DNA from: Vicugna vicugna
Lineage: Eukaryota
Direction: 5' to 3'
NCBI GenBank assembly: GCA_013265495.1
Contig: MU058213.1
Location: 2,604,001 to 2,668,000, forward strand
DNA length: 64,000 bases
Positions 1 through 14,252 of the stretch are shown one piece after another (within the stretch, counting starts at the first letter, position 1; every line of letters starts with the position of its first letter). The translations under genes were made by a program, and so were the position numbers. The notes under the pieces were generated by a model that ran no database searches, was not told where the DNA came from, and was given only the letters and a program-made list of their open reading frames with translations.

Positions 1-1764
1 TTGTTTTAGCTCCCTCTGGATAACTGCCTCTCCTCCTGGGGGCAACGGCAGTCCATGCCAAGCGAGCCCAGGTGTCTCTGTTCATTTTGTTTCTTAGTTC
101 TTTTTCCACCGGAAATGATCACACTAAAAGGGCTTGGAAGTTGGCTCAATTGGCAAAGCTGGTACTAAAGTGCAGTTACACGTGTCAAAAAAGATGCTAC
201 CCAGCTAGTTTAGACCCATGGGAAGCATGGTGATACAACCTTTTACTCATGTAGTCTTCTGCTTCTCATTAAGAGTCACGCTCTTCCTTAGTTCTTTGCC
301 CTCTGCAGTGAAAAATGAAAGAACCTCAATGACTCTATCCCGTAGTGGAAGAGGGTCTGTTGGTTCAGTGTGTTCACTTGGAACAAGACGCTGAATCCCC
401 TGAAAGTCTGATCGTACATCCTACAGAAGGAGTAAGCCTGGGTCCAGCAGCTCCTCATCACAGCTGGCAACCAGGATCGTCTCTAGAACACTGTGGTTCA
501 GCTTACTGAGCAGAATCTATATGAGAGAAATCTCTGTGCCTAAAAAATAAAACATATAAGTGCCTAGAATCAAGGGAATAGAAGTTTTAAATTGTATTCA
601 TAAATGGAAGTTAGGATGTGGTCACTTTAAGAATCAAGGAGGAAGTTTTTCCAAAGGTCAAAATAGGGTGAAAACAAGAACAAACCCTTTGCACGGATGA
701 GCACTGACACCTCTCTGATGCCCTGTAAGTCCTTTGCATGCCGCTCTCTGATTCTGTTATTGGCTCATTTCCCAGCCCCTTGGAAGGCATCCATTTTCAT
801 TTCTTTCACTGTTTTCTTCCCATGATCTGCTGGTTTTTCAGAATCAGTATGTAGCAAATATTAAATTATTCTATAACCATTCTGAATTTCATTTTCCAAT
901 TATAAGTTCTTTTCTGCTAATCTGAGGTCACATCTAGTCCTGTCACAGAGCTTTACATCTGTATGTGATTATACTTCTGCCTCCTTGGAAACAAGTCAAG
1001 GAGCATTGTTAAAGCATGTATTATGTGTCTATGTATGAGGCTCTGTAAGAGCAAGCAGAAAAAGACAGCAGCACAGACAGGACACTTAAGGTCAGCTGGT
1101 GAGACAGTCAGAAGCAACTCAGATGTGAAGTTAAATAGAACAAATGTCAAGTGAGTGACAAAAGGATACAGTCTGGGAAAAAGAAAGCCCTAACCTGAAC
1201 GATGGATATGACTCAAAGGCAAAGAGGTCCAAGTGAAGCCAAGACAGAGCCTGGAAAGCAGTTTTTTGTTTTTGTTAAACATGGTTTGGAGCCTTATAAC
1301 TCAGGGCCTTGAATACTCATGTGTGGGCTTTATCTATAGGCAGAGTTTATTAAAGGATTTGAATGGTTTTGGGGGGATGGGGAGGACTTTGAAATTCGGT
1401 ATTTTGGTTTTTGAAACAGTGAAGTAGCGTAAGAATTTAAACTCCCTTGTATTTCTTAAAACTCTTTAAAAAACAGAGTTTGGTTAATTTCTAAATATAC
1501 TATGCCACAATGCTAAGAATAAAATCAACCTTAGTAATAGGTCTGCAATGGTTTACTGTCTAAGTATACTGTTAAATTTCATTCCCCAAGGTGGTTTTAT
1601 TTTCCCTCTTCCATTCTTTACTGTTAATAGCAGAATTATTCTGTTTGCCAAATATAATAGGACTTCAGAGACAGTGTATACTACCACATTGAAAGTAAAC
1701 TCATTCAGTAAGCTACTGTATAAAAGATTTTCACCCTATTTTTTGTTGTTTGCTTTATTTAAAG

Positions 1765-1842
1765 CCCTGCATACTGATGAACAATATTCAACAACTGCGG
1801 GTTCAGCTGGAAAAAATGTTTGAATCCATGGGAGGAAAAGAG
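1765..1842 (+). CDS. UNC13C: UNC13C (Munc13-3) internal coding exon, window exon [27 protein letters not shown]
   Basis: Acceptor tttatttaaag|ccc, donor gag|gtgagc; 78 nt, phase 0-0. Peptide matches the Munc13 MUN-domain sequence [20 protein letters not shown]. Confidence 0.95.
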
Positions 1843-4800
1843 GTGAGCATGTTTTTATGCCTTCATTGCCAAATATCTACTGAGAGATCATTAACAGATA
1901 TTTCTTTACTGCGGGAAGTGAGCAAATCAAGTTTATACATGGCTTAGCTAAAGAATGCCATTAACTAAGGTGGTTATTATCTACAACAGAATACTTCAGT
2001 AAACACATTGGAAGTGTGAACAGGAGGAAGGAGATGGTTGTAGCTTTCTGCAGTGTGTGTGTATAGCCATATATACACAATTAAGTATACTTGTGTATAT
2101 ACTAGCGATCCGTAAAGGTCCACAAGTTGCAGACATCTTTCCCCCATACCGCGCATTGTCAACTTGATACTGATTTTGTTCTGCAGTGTGCTTCGTGGCG
2201 CTAGTGGTTTCTGATGTACTGATGGTTTGTTTTTCGCATCTAAAAAATCTGTCAGCAACGTGCTGTGTACCGTGTCTGTAATGTGTTGTGTCTTTGTCTA
2301 ACGTCTCTGACTTGCAATTCCATGAGCAGAAGAAGGAAGGAGAAAGATTCTTTTATGAGGTTTGTGATAGTAAGCATCATATCCTTTACCTGGCTTTTTC
2401 CCCCTCCAAACCTCAAGACCATTGCCCTCCCTACTTGTTTCTCATTTGCTTGTTTGGATCAGGCAGACAGTGAAATACGAGCTGTGCACCTGCCTCCTCA
2501 AGCTGCCACAGTCTTGTATTTCACAAACCACCGTGAGCATCCAGGGAACTGAGGGTGGGAGATGGTGCTGCGAAGGAAGGTCAAGCAAGCTGACATCCTC
2601 CCACCAACACCCCCTCGGATCCCAGTTAGCAGCTAAAATGACGGGCTATTTCTGTTTAAGGTTTTATTTGCACTGTTCCTTATTGTGGTAAGTGTGTGAG
2701 GTATCTGTAAAGCTAGGTTTGATTTCCAAGCAAAAGCTGACAATGCTTATTTAAGTTAGGGTCTCTTCACACATGATGTGTCTTTTAACCCCACAGAGAC
2801 ATACATTTTCCCCACCATATCTTTATCATTACTCTCGCACTTCCTTCTTTTTAAAAAGTGAACTTTCCCTTTAGCATGTTACACATGAGAAGCACCAGGA
2901 TATGGGTGTGAAGGTGCAAAACTTCAAAAACCATTTTTTTTTAATGAGCTGGGCTGCATTGCTGTCTCAGTCTAATTTGTCCAAACTAAGGCTTCATTCC
3001 CCAAAGTGTATTAATGGTTTTTGCATGGTTTCAGGGCATCAGTCTCATTTTTAGAATTCTTTTGCTGAATTAGGTGAGCACACTGAGGATCATCCCTGGA
3101 GATTCCCTTTTTAAGTTTAGTGATGTTTTATATTCAGACTTTAAGTCTACTTACAGTTTTGAAAAGTAGAGAAGAAATTACTGATTTCCTGTTGGAAATT
3201 CTGTCTCCTTTTAGTGGATTTTAAAGACCACAATACATTTGAAGATAAAGTTATATTTAAAATGCCATATTTCCAGAAATGTCACCTAATGCTACTACTA
3301 TCCTTACCATTTCGTGGTTGAAGTCTAATGTGAGGGCTGTACATCGCTGAGCTGAATTTGTTAAGCAGACAAATTATGCCTGGATTTAAAGGAAACGGTA
3401 TGGGGCAAGCCATCCCCTAACCAAAAAACTGGGGTGGTTTATTCACCAACCAAAATAGACTCCTTGTTTCAGATAAAATAACCAATTTGAAAGGTGCAGA
3501 TTTCAAATGATAAATTTAACTGCTAACCTTCGGCTCCGTCACAGAACTCTTCCTCCTGGAGAGAATGATGGAAGCTGGAAACACTTGGCCGGTGCCTTCT
3601 CCCTTTATAACGCTTGTGCTGTCAGTTGCTACCCTCCTCATACATCATTTTAAAGGAGAATTCAACTAAATAAATGAAATGAGTATTTAGCTTCTAAACA
3701 TGCAATTTGTTAGTGGGACAGCATTGGCCCTAACTCCTTTATTCTTCATCTCTTCTGTCCCTCTCTTTGCTTTCTTTCCATGTTCTCCTGTCTCTCTTTC
3801 TGTGCACAGTTTCTTTTCCGTTTTTACCTTGTCTTCTGTTGCTAAGAAAAAGCTTTAGGTAGTCCCAGTCAGCATTGCATAGGAGTTGAAGAAATGTCAA
3901 GAGGATGCTTGCCTTGAACTCAAGTCTGGGTGTAACAGGCAGTGTCCCAGACAGAAATCATCTTTATTAGTAAAGAATTATGTTACAGTTTTTGCTTACT
4001 ACACTTAGCTTCCAGAATCTCACAGTAATAGGCAGTGTTCCTCCATTCCAGTTATCTGTATGACAGAATCTAAATGGGCCCCTTCACTTGGGCCTTTCAT
4101 GTAGATGGAAAAAATGTATCCTTTAGTACAAGAAGTATATACAGCACTTAACACAGGCAGGTTCAGTGGCCTCTAATGATAATGCAGTGTGTTTGTTTGT
4201 ACTATTGCCGATTTCCAGTTTTTTCCTCACAGTGGAACAGGTTGTAAAATCTTGACTGCTATTGCTAAGGGAAATTTTCTAACCTAGACTGTATCCTTCC
4301 TTTAGGAGGTTCTTATTATTTTGTGCACCACCATCTGTACTAGGATGTGCACTTCCTGCTACAGAAAACTAATTAGCAAGTGATCGCTTGTGCACTTGCT
4401 CAGAATAGTTTTTGATGCCATGTGCCCATCAGCTGGCTTCTAACAGCAGCGTGGCTGGCCTCTGATACCCTCCGCGAGGTGCTGGCCAAGTGCAGGCCTG
4501 CGTGCATGATGCTGCAGCTCTCTGCCGCTTTGGCCTGCCGCTTGGGGCAGCTGCTCTTCTTTGCAGGGTCTCTTTTCCCTCTGGAAACAATAAGTTTTTA
4601 AAGCCTTTTTAAAATCCATTCTCTATATGGAGTCCAAGATGGAAACGCTGCCTAATGCTATGACAAGCTTGGGGGTGACGGCATAGATGGTAGCTCCAAA
4701 AGCAGCCACCTGAGCAGTCACTGTTAACAGCTGTGCACACAATAGCCTATGGCCCTGGGGCATATTTTTTCCAGTGCCCTATTTAGAAAAAGAGGCAAAA

Positions 4801-6099
4801 GAAAAAAGCTTTCTTCTCCTAAAGTGTCTTTCCAGCACACTTCCCTGCATACAAATGAAGAGCATGTTTTGATTTAACAACTCTCAGATTACTCTATAAT
4901 AATAATAATACTAAAGCCACATAAACCATGAAGCAAAAATCACTGGGAAAGAATTCCAGGGTCTGTTTTATAAAGAGCATCCTACGTGATTTTTTATGTT
5001 TAAACAGTTTTAGGAATCACTGTAGTAAAACAGATAAAATAACCAACCTGTGGTGGACTGACTTGCACTAGAAGTTAAGAGTATTTACAGCACAATCCTT
5101 ACGTGGTATTACTTGTCCCTTTGTAGCACAGTAACAGCAAAATTTTCATTTTTTGGTTGGTGATTGATTTATCAAATAGCTCAAAAGTCAAACATATATT
5201 TTGGGTTATAGTACATTAATAGCTTAATTATTTCATGAATATAATGGCACATATCAATTGCAAATAAATATCTAGTCATTTTTTCATAAAAACGTATTGC
5301 TACAGCCTACAGTAGGGACTTAGGTGTAGTTACTTGATCTGTAATCTCATTGAGAAAGAAAATTAGATAATCCAAAATATAATTTCTTTTCAGGAAATCC
5401 TATTGGTTATGAAACTCTACAGAACTTTCGTTGTAGTAATAGATTTAGAAGAATTGGAAGTGTGCTGTGTAAGCAAAAGATGCATTCCTCCCTCACAATA
5501 TTGTGTTGGTACAATCATCTTGATTGGTAGAATCAGTAACTGTCCATAGGCCTGCTATCCTACTGACACTACATCAAATTCTAGACATTAGCCATTATTA
5601 AAACATTTAGGGGAAATCATGGGGGTTATTTGCTTAGCTAAATTTTCATTCTGCTGACTAGTAATGCTATTTTTCTTGATATATTTCAAGGCAATTCAAT
5701 CTCTTGATTCATCTCACCATGGTAAGCTTTTGTGAACAGGGCCAAAGAATCTGCAAATAACCCCACCGCTCCTAAAAATTCACGTATTTTAATGAGCCAC
5801 TTAATTATCTTTTGTTTCAGAGATGCATATCTATATTGTATTTCAGTTTTTAATGATGAATTTGATGTGTCAATTAGAAAGTGAATCTGACTGCCCCAAA
5901 GCACTGAATGCATGTAGCTGATTGAAATTCACTGTGAAATCTATTAGCCATAGGGACTCAGTCTTGAGCTATGCAACCCCTGACCAGAGAGGACAGACAT
6001 TAACTTCTGTCGTATTTTACTTAGCAGTATCCTTTCAGCTTTATACTTGCTGGGCTCCCATGGTGGAAGATCACTGCTTTAAAGGAATGATACTTCATA

Positions 6100-6282
6100 C
6101 TAGTAGTTTTTGAACTTCAGCATGTATGAGAAACATGGGGGGAGCTGATTAAAACACATTGCTGGACTCCACCCCAGACTGATTCAGTGTGTCTGGGGTG
6201 GAGGCCCATGATTTGCATTTCTAACAGATTGCATGTGATGCTGATGCTACTGGTCAGGAGACCACATTTTGAGAATTACTGC
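6100..6282 (-). mobile_element. MER5A-like hAT-Charlie MITE
   Basis: ttaaaacaca..tgctgg, tgattcagt, tttgcatttctaaca, gatgctgatgctactggtc, accacattttgagaattactg match the MER5A consensus as I recall it. Confidence 0.8.
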
Positions 6283-7129
6283 TCTTTGCTTTAGAACAGC
6301 AACTAGATAATTAGGAAATGGCTCAGAATACCCCTTTGCCTTATCTGCACATGACTCCTAACCCACCTACTTAATGTGTTTTGAGAACACATCAGATTTA
6401 ATGTATTTAGACAGCATGCCAAAGCGCAGGGAAATATTTGGGTTAAGGAATAAAATAATCCCCAACTATAGATGGCTAACTTACAGTCATATACAAATAT
6501 CCAGCATTTTTAACATTCTGGACTTTATACTTACATTTTATATATAATCTTACAAAAAGAGATGTTATAGTTGTAAAGAGGCGAACGTTTCTGTTCAGTT
6601 TTTGATCTGTCTCACCTTTTCTCAATATAAACAGATATAATTCAGTATACATAGATATAATTCACTAGTTAAAAACAGCACATGGCTTCTCATGAATGCA
6701 TTATCTTTTTCAGAAATGAAAAATAAATTATAAAATTATTAAAGTATGTTAGATGTCATCAGATAATAGAGAATTTTAGCTAGTCATATTATGCCTTCCT
6801 TTTAGTTCTAAAATATTTCCTAAAGAAATTTGCAAAACTCTTCCTGTTTAAGTATCTATTGGTTCCTACTTATATTTTCTTCAGAGGGGCAGGAGTTGAG
6901 ATAGGAAATTTATTGGAAAAAAAAAAATTAATGCTCTAGTCCCTAAGGAGGAGTGAGACCTTGTAAAACAACAGTTAGAACAGAGCTTCCTTTTAGCATC
7001 CGGGGAAGAGGTATGCAGCAGCCCAGTGCCCCCGTCCTGCGTGGACCGCTTTACGTACCTCTTCCCCTGGGGGCTGCCTGCCTCCAGAAAAACAGGGATG
7101 AAATAATGCTGCACAGGAACACAGAATTT

Positions 7130-7290
7130 ACTCCTTCATTGATTCACTTAACAGATTATTGATTTGCTGAGCACCTTTTATGAGCTGTAAATTCTACTAA
7201 ACACCAGAGGTACAATAATTACTAACATGCAGACCCCACCCTCAAATAAATTTGAATTCATTAGGGAAGGTAGAACAATTAAAGAGGTAA
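7130..7290 (-). mobile_element. LINE-2 3' end
   Basis: ttcattgattcacttaacag, tgctgagcacc, ccccaccctcaa. Confidence 0.5.
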
Positions 7291-9459
7291 GGTTTGTGTG
7301 GGGGGATCCCCGCAACAATTTCTGCACTTGAAAATATCTTTCAAATGAGAGTTATAATTGTTAACATCTCATCCCACAATAATTCCAAGAATAAACTCAA
7401 ACCTCTAGCCTCTGTGTAAATAAAGTTCAAAGGTGAGATGTACTTGGCTGAATTCAGGAAAATGAATTATTTTTAGTTTCAAGGCAGCAGATAAAGAGGC
7501 CTGAATGTTCAAAGTGCTGGCCTTTTACTTTGGATGCATGAAGATAATGTCTGGTTTCTTTCTACTCCTAACCATCTCTGCAGTGAGAGTTAACAAATTG
7601 GACTTAAGAGAATAATGAGGACCAAAAGGGCAAATTGCATTCAGGAGATTTAATAAATCTGATTAAGAATCTAGCACTGCTACCACATAAAGTTCAGCTA
7701 ACTGCTAAGCTTGTGACATTAGGGAGAGGTGCTACCTCAGAGCTGGAGAGGTTGCTGGGTGGGAGATCCGTGTCAAAATGAAATTCAGACCCAGGCAGGT
7801 GCTGCTTGTCAACCTCATTCCCCAGTGCATTCCCCAGCCATCACAGCGTCACTCTCATGCTGCCAAGCATTTTTTTAAGCCTTTCTCTGAACTGTAAGAA
7901 AACTTCAGAAGAGAGAAAGCACGCCACAGGCAGGAAAGAGAGAAACAGTTCTACTTTAACGGTCATTTTCTGTAATAGACCTGTTTTGTTGTCTTGTTAT
8001 AAATCCCTTTCAGTTGTCTGTGCGTGCCTTAAAAGTCAATGCAAAAACTAGTCAAACTTATTTCTGTACCTGGCCAATCTCTCCCTCTTCTCTTCCTTGG
8101 TAGAGTGGCCATCAGGCACCTCCTGCAAATGGCTCACTCAGGGAATTCTGTCCCCATCACTTGCTGTTCCACAGGTACCCAATTCAGTTGACTGAAGAGA
8201 CTGCAGTCACACTGCTGAACAGAGGATAGAACCAGTAATGTGAGCAGCTGACTGGGAAAGACAGAGAGACAGGGCAAAAAGGCAGTTTTTACAGAATAAG
8301 CTGTGTGTCTCATTTCTTCTATTCCTGATTTATCCCTACTCTATCCAGTTTCATAGTTACTCAGCCAGTAGAGGGAGCTAATAAGCCAGGGGTCCTTTCC
8401 TAGTTGAGTTACTGTACTTTTTGTGTGTGTGTGACTAATTTTCAGAAGAGAATTTTTCTTAGAAGAATATCTTTTCTTAGAGCACTGCTTTTCGGTCCTC
8501 ACATGACCCCAGATAGCATCATGCCGCGTGACAGCATGTCGGCTGTGGTTTTCCCCACTTGTAAGGGTGGAATAGAACTAAATGACTTCTGAGGTTCATT
8601 CTGTTCTAAAAATCTGTGGTTGTAAGGACAAGAGCCTGTGAGCAGTCCACACAATATAAGGTTAGTGTATGTGTTCCAGGTGGAAATGAAAAAAAAATGT
8701 TTAGACTAAGAGAAAAGAATGTCGTGTCCCTCAAAAAAAAAGGCTTGAGAATATTGTCAGAAAGTTCAGAGAAACAGAAATAGGAAATTTTTAAATTTGC
8801 CATATAGTCACTAACTTAAAACTACATTGACTGAATTATAAAAGCCATCTTTTCCCTTCAGTTGTCTAGTCTGAAGAACTTAATTTAACATCTCAAAGAC
8901 ACTTAGTTGATGTGAAACTTAATTGACAGTTGGATTTACTCCATACTCTCTTTAATTAGGGTGAGAGACAGCTACTGGTGTTCTTCCACATTTTGAAACC
9001 CAGAAGTTAGAAGCATGAATTTCTGTCCCTGATACCTCTAGCATCACAGTTCGTACAAATCTGAATAACATAAAAAAATGCCATAATGTACCTCTTAAAA
9101 TGATCTTGTATGTTCCTGGGGAGGTCCTCTCATAAGAGTAATAAAGAAGAAGCTAAATACAGGGTTACACTGGTAGATCTGGGGCACTTTATTCTGCATT
9201 AGAGAGGACCATGTATTCTTTTATTTCTGACAACACATTACAGTATCCATGCTGAAGGCTGAAGCTCTACAGAGTTATTTAGAGCATTCCAAGGAAAGTA
9301 CCTTCTGTTGGATTCACTAGGGAATATTTGCTGATTTCTCAATCATATATTTTAAGTTGATCTAGGTACTTCAGGTGGATAAATTCTGGTCAGATAGAAG
9401 GGTTGGAGAGAAGGGATCTTTTTCAAAATAAGACAAACAGCAAGGACCCAGCCAGATGG

Positions 9460-10330
9460 TTTAACAAGTACCATGATCAGATTTGGGCCTTATTAAAATA
9501 ACTCTAGGAACAGTTAGAAGGATGACATAGAAGTGGGAAAAACAGCAATCAGAAACACAACTTGGAGATGACTGCAACATAGTCGGGATGAGAAAACTTC
9601 TGTATCAAACAATGAAGATAGTATTTATGAAATGTTTTCTCCATCTATCCTATCAATCATATTTGGTATCCAAGTGAATATGGAAGTTATAAGGCAGAGA
9701 AGTGCTGAAGATGACTTTCATAGTTCTGTCTCCAATAACTGCATTGTTATCACGTCAGACCATTAAGAAGAGAAATAAGGTAAGGACGAGCAGGTAACTG
9801 GCTCACTTTTTGATAGGTTGAGGTCATCCAAGTGGAAAGACAGAGGCACGTGGGAATACAGCCTCGATGCTCAGGCATCCCATTACAGCTGTAGGTGATG
9901 GTTCAGAGGCCATGAACATAGAGATGGGCATTGAAGCCATGGGCGTGTATGTGATTGTTCAAGAAGGGAATATAGAGTGGAAAAAAAAGAGGACTAGGAA
10001 GGGAAAGTTGAAGGACATTAACACCTGAAGAATATACAAAGGAAAAGAAGTCAACCAAAAAGAGGTGAAGGTAGTCTCTAGAAAAGCAAGGAAATAAAGA
10101 GCTTGAGAAAGAGAGTAAACAACAGTATGAAGGCAGGCCGAGTAGGATAAAGTCATTGGATTTAGCCACTGAGATCACTGGTGGCCTGGTGCCACATTCA
10201 GTGGCATCTCCAGAGGAGAAAACATACTATAGAGAATTAATGAAGATTTAAGAGATAAGGTGGCAACAAATTTTACACTTACCTTGTGAGCAGTTTCAAG
10301 GTCAAGAGAAGAAAAGATATTAGCTGGATG
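9460..10330 (-). mobile_element. LINE-2 fragment
   Basis: catgatcagatttg, catccaagtgga, ttgaagccatggg, cattggatttagcca..gagatcactggtg; purine-rich on the + strand. Confidence 0.65.
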
Positions 10331-13300
10331 TCAATGAGAAGGTAGTTGCTAATAAGTTAGGTTTTTTTCTTTTATAATTTGTTCTCCTTTTCATGTTAAC
10401 ATAAATGGTATTTGAGCATGATGTATAGGGTGGGGGTAATAAAAATAATAATGAAAGAATTGAAGACAGACAGGGATGGAACAGAATCCAAAAGAAGAAG
10501 CTAAGACCTCAAGTTGAACAATATATCTTACTTGTAAACGAGGCTCTCTTTTCTGTAGATAGGGTGGGGAAGTGTGACTTACCAAAGGATTTTCTGCAAA
10601 AGTCTTGAAGAGGGTGTGACCCACTAGGCTAATGACCAAATTTTGGGTGCTGTGAAGATGAGGGCCAGGGGAGCGATCGTCTTCCTAATCTACACTTCTT
10701 TAGGTGAACAAATAAGAGACTCCTAATGCTGAAGAGCTGAACATGAGGAAAGGCACGTTAAGAAGGTTAAGTAAGACAGTTTAGTGGAAAGGAGAGCTTC
10801 TAGGAGAACAGTTGGAAGTGTTGTACAGACAGTAATAGTTACAAGCACAATTAGTGCAGAAGCTGGAGCCACTGGCTGCCTGGGGTGAGTGACATCTGGA
10901 GTAAGATTTGCAAAAGGAGGTGATAAGTGAATTGTCTTTTAAAGGAAAAGTACAAGTGAGCCGTAAGGACAAAGAACTTCAAAGGTATCTTGCCTCCTAG
11001 CTCTCTGTTCCAGACAAGTCATTTACATTACACCACCGGAGTGCAGTAAAATACTTCAGGGATGTACAGACTCAGATAGTATGTATAGATGACTATGGCC
11101 CATTCTGAGCTTTAGAACCACACTTTATTCCGACCTTCGGATGGAGTGTGGATAAAAGCTGTTTTGAAAGCTTTAATAGTAATATTAATTCAGAATCTGC
11201 CTCAGTCTTAAGTTGTCAGTGACTATGTTCCTCTTTACATGGAGTCATGGATTGTTTTTACTTTCTGCCAGCCAAGTGGTTCAGGCACACCTGCTAATAC
11301 AATTTCTACTTTAACATAAATGGATTACCTGTGACTTCTGAATGCTTGCATTTTTTCTTTTTCCCTCGTTTTGCTTTTAATAACTAACAGTACAAAAAAG
11401 CTGCAAGCTAATTGTGATATTTGATGTCATAGTTATAGAACTAGGCTAAGTGTTAAACATTTGTGAAGGAAGTTAGGTAGCCTTTTACCTTTCCAAAGTA
11501 GCCAATAAATTGTAAAATATGCTCTTGGTAATTTAGATAATAAACTCTCGAAGCCCAAATTACTATCTCTTAAAAACTTCACGGAGTGTTAGGAATAAAG
11601 AAAATTTCCTCAATTTGGGCACATAAAGAAATACAGAAGAATTCAAGAATTGGTACATTTGCTGCCCAAAGAGATTGTTTTACAATTAGGTGAGTATATT
11701 TATGCTCATTATTATTGCAAAAGATCTGCAATATGCAGACTGGCCTCAAAATTACTCTTCCTAATTTTATGGTTTAATGGTATGATATCAAATACTGAAC
11801 TGAACCTAAAGTTTTTCTGGTTTTTTCAGTTACATCACAGAAGCATTCTGTCTGCACCTGCTTAGAAACTCATGCTTCTATCAGGAAATGAAAAGTGTCA
11901 TCCTGTATTTCAATTGCTATAGTTTGACAGTTTTATATTTCCAAGTAATAAGCAATCATTTGATAGGAAATTTCCATTCACAGAATACCTAAGGTACACT
12001 AAAATGATTCTTAGGAAAATAGCATAATTTCATCCAACTGATACATCAAACCATTTCTGTATGACTTTAAAGTCATTAACAGGTGAGCACACTAACTCAA
12101 TGTATGTATAAACCAATATGAAAACAAAACAGACACTTTAAAGACAAGGCAACCCCACTTACTGAAGAAAACTCTACTGTCAGAGCCATTTCCTTGGAGG
12201 TGGCAGATATGTGTGTGGCAACAGCCACCTCTACCCCCACATTGTTTACCAAGAGTGGGGACCTAAAGAAAACTGTATGGGAGGTCTTCTCTCATTTTCC
12301 ATACCCGAACATTTTTATCCAAATGAAGTTAGGCTAAAATTGGTACTAGGACAATAGCAAGAACTTGTGATAAAAAACATGCAGTTTACATGTTCCCTAG
12401 GGTGGGGGTGGACACTCCACATATGTTTTCTTGGTTAAGGGTTGGGGAGTATACCAGGGTAACTGTAATTAAGTGCATATCAGTGTCGAGGCTTTTTAAA
12501 AATCGGTAGTATCTAATTGTTTTTTCTGAATCACTGCTTTGCAATTCTTTATGGGTGTTTGGGACTCTGAGAAAGTCTCCAACTCCTAGAGAAGTCTGTA
12601 TCTGTTAAGGTGGCCGGTGTGTGTGTGGGTAATCTCTAATGACAGAAACAGAAAAAATAGAGTCCAGAAAAATCACACTGAATCAGATAAAGGTACAGAA
12701 ACTACCCAATCCTGAAATCATTAAATTATTTGCTATATCAAGAAAAGGATCAGATATGAAATGCAACTTTTGGTTTCTATTCCAATGTTTTCAGTCACAT
12801 CAGTATAACCTAAAGCCACCCAGCTGCTGTGCAGAGTTAATAACACTTTTTCCTAGTAGTTTCTTAGTATTAGAAAATGTTCCCGGAGGATTGTTAAGAG
12901 TTATGACCAATGTATTCTGTTAGGGACACTTTTTGGTCCTGGGCTGGCTCCCAAGGTCGTATGTGTATCTGATGTTCTTCTTAAGAGTCTATTTATACTA
13001 AGTGCTCCTTTAATTTGTTCTACGCCCCAAAGTTGGCTTTATCCTATCCCCCTCTTTTCAGTAACAGACCAGTTTGTGTAAGAACTATAGGAACTAACGA
13101 TAGGAAACTGAATTTCTAAAGACTCAAAGGAAGATCATCTTAAGTTTCAGAATATTCTAGGTTTCCCTTTAAATGAATTTCTGTCAGCTAAATACAATGC
13201 ATCTATTATAAGTCTTTCAATTTTGACAACTAGTTTGCAAAAATGTAATTAACAACCAGGATAAAATTTTCTAAGACAAGAAACACACTTTACTTTTCTA

Positions 13301-14163
13301 AACACTGGTAGTCTGTTAATCCTTCACTTTAGTTGTTAAAAAAAAAAAAAAGTCTGCCATGTTAATAGATGGATGTTTTGTTTTATTTGTGTTTATGTAT
13401 ATTTTCTAATATTAACATTATTTTAGAACTGAAATCAGATAAAAATAATTGGCTTTTACACTGGAAGAATAAGCATAAAATATGCTATCTTGACCTAATT
13501 ATGTTTTCCTTTTTCCCCCAAAGAAAAATTAATAAAATGGGAAAACTTTGAATCTTGAACTCTGAGCTGAAAATTGGCATCCAAGAAGAGACATTAGGCC
13601 TGTCACCTCCAGAGCAACACACTGGAGCAAAAGGATAATTGTTTATCCATTACTTTTAAGTGCATACTTGGAAAAATATGAAAATACCTTCAAATATGGC
13701 ACAATATAATATGCAAAAATTAATTTTTTCCCTATTTTGAAAATTTTCACTGTGCCTATTTATTTACAGGGATATTAAAGATGAAAATATATTTTGAAGC
13801 AACACATATATTCAATGAATGTGTAAGTGGTTTTCTAAGTTACGAAGTTGCCGCATTCTGGAGGTTACCTGGTCACGCCCTGCACCCCACGGCTGCCACC
13901 AGTGAAGGCTTTGCCCTCTCGCTCTTGTTTATATGCATGCTGTGCATTTCACTCAGTTTTTTTCATATATAAGATCTCTTTTGGTTTCATTAGAATTTTC
14001 TAAATTTTGCATTTGACTTCAAAGGTTAAAAAGGAAAGGAAAGGAAAAAAGTAAATGTATACTATGTTGTTTGAAGTTGACCTTACAAGCTAAATGCTTC
14101 TAACAGAAAGAAGTTATGCTTTCTCAGAACTCCCAAGTGATACTGTGTGTGGTCTCTTTGCAG

Positions 14164-14252
14164 CTAGAACCGGAAGCTAGCACTATTCTAAAAGAACTGC
14201 AAGTTAAACTCAATGGGGTTTTGGATGAGCTCAGTGTCACTTATGGTGAAAG
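14164..14252 (+). CDS. UNC13C: UNC13C exon [30 protein letters not shown](S)
   Basis: Acceptor ctctttgcag|cta, donor aag|gtaagt; 89 nt, phase 0-2; continues exon A in frame. Not in the ORF track. Confidence 0.95.

Noticed and set aside
2185..2210. CTCF-like gtggcgctagtgg
   Set aside because: Only the 3' half of the motif matches; the CCASYAG core is absent.
6633..6664. agatataattca repeated at 20-bp spacing
   Set aside because: Ordinary short duplication in AT-rich sequence.
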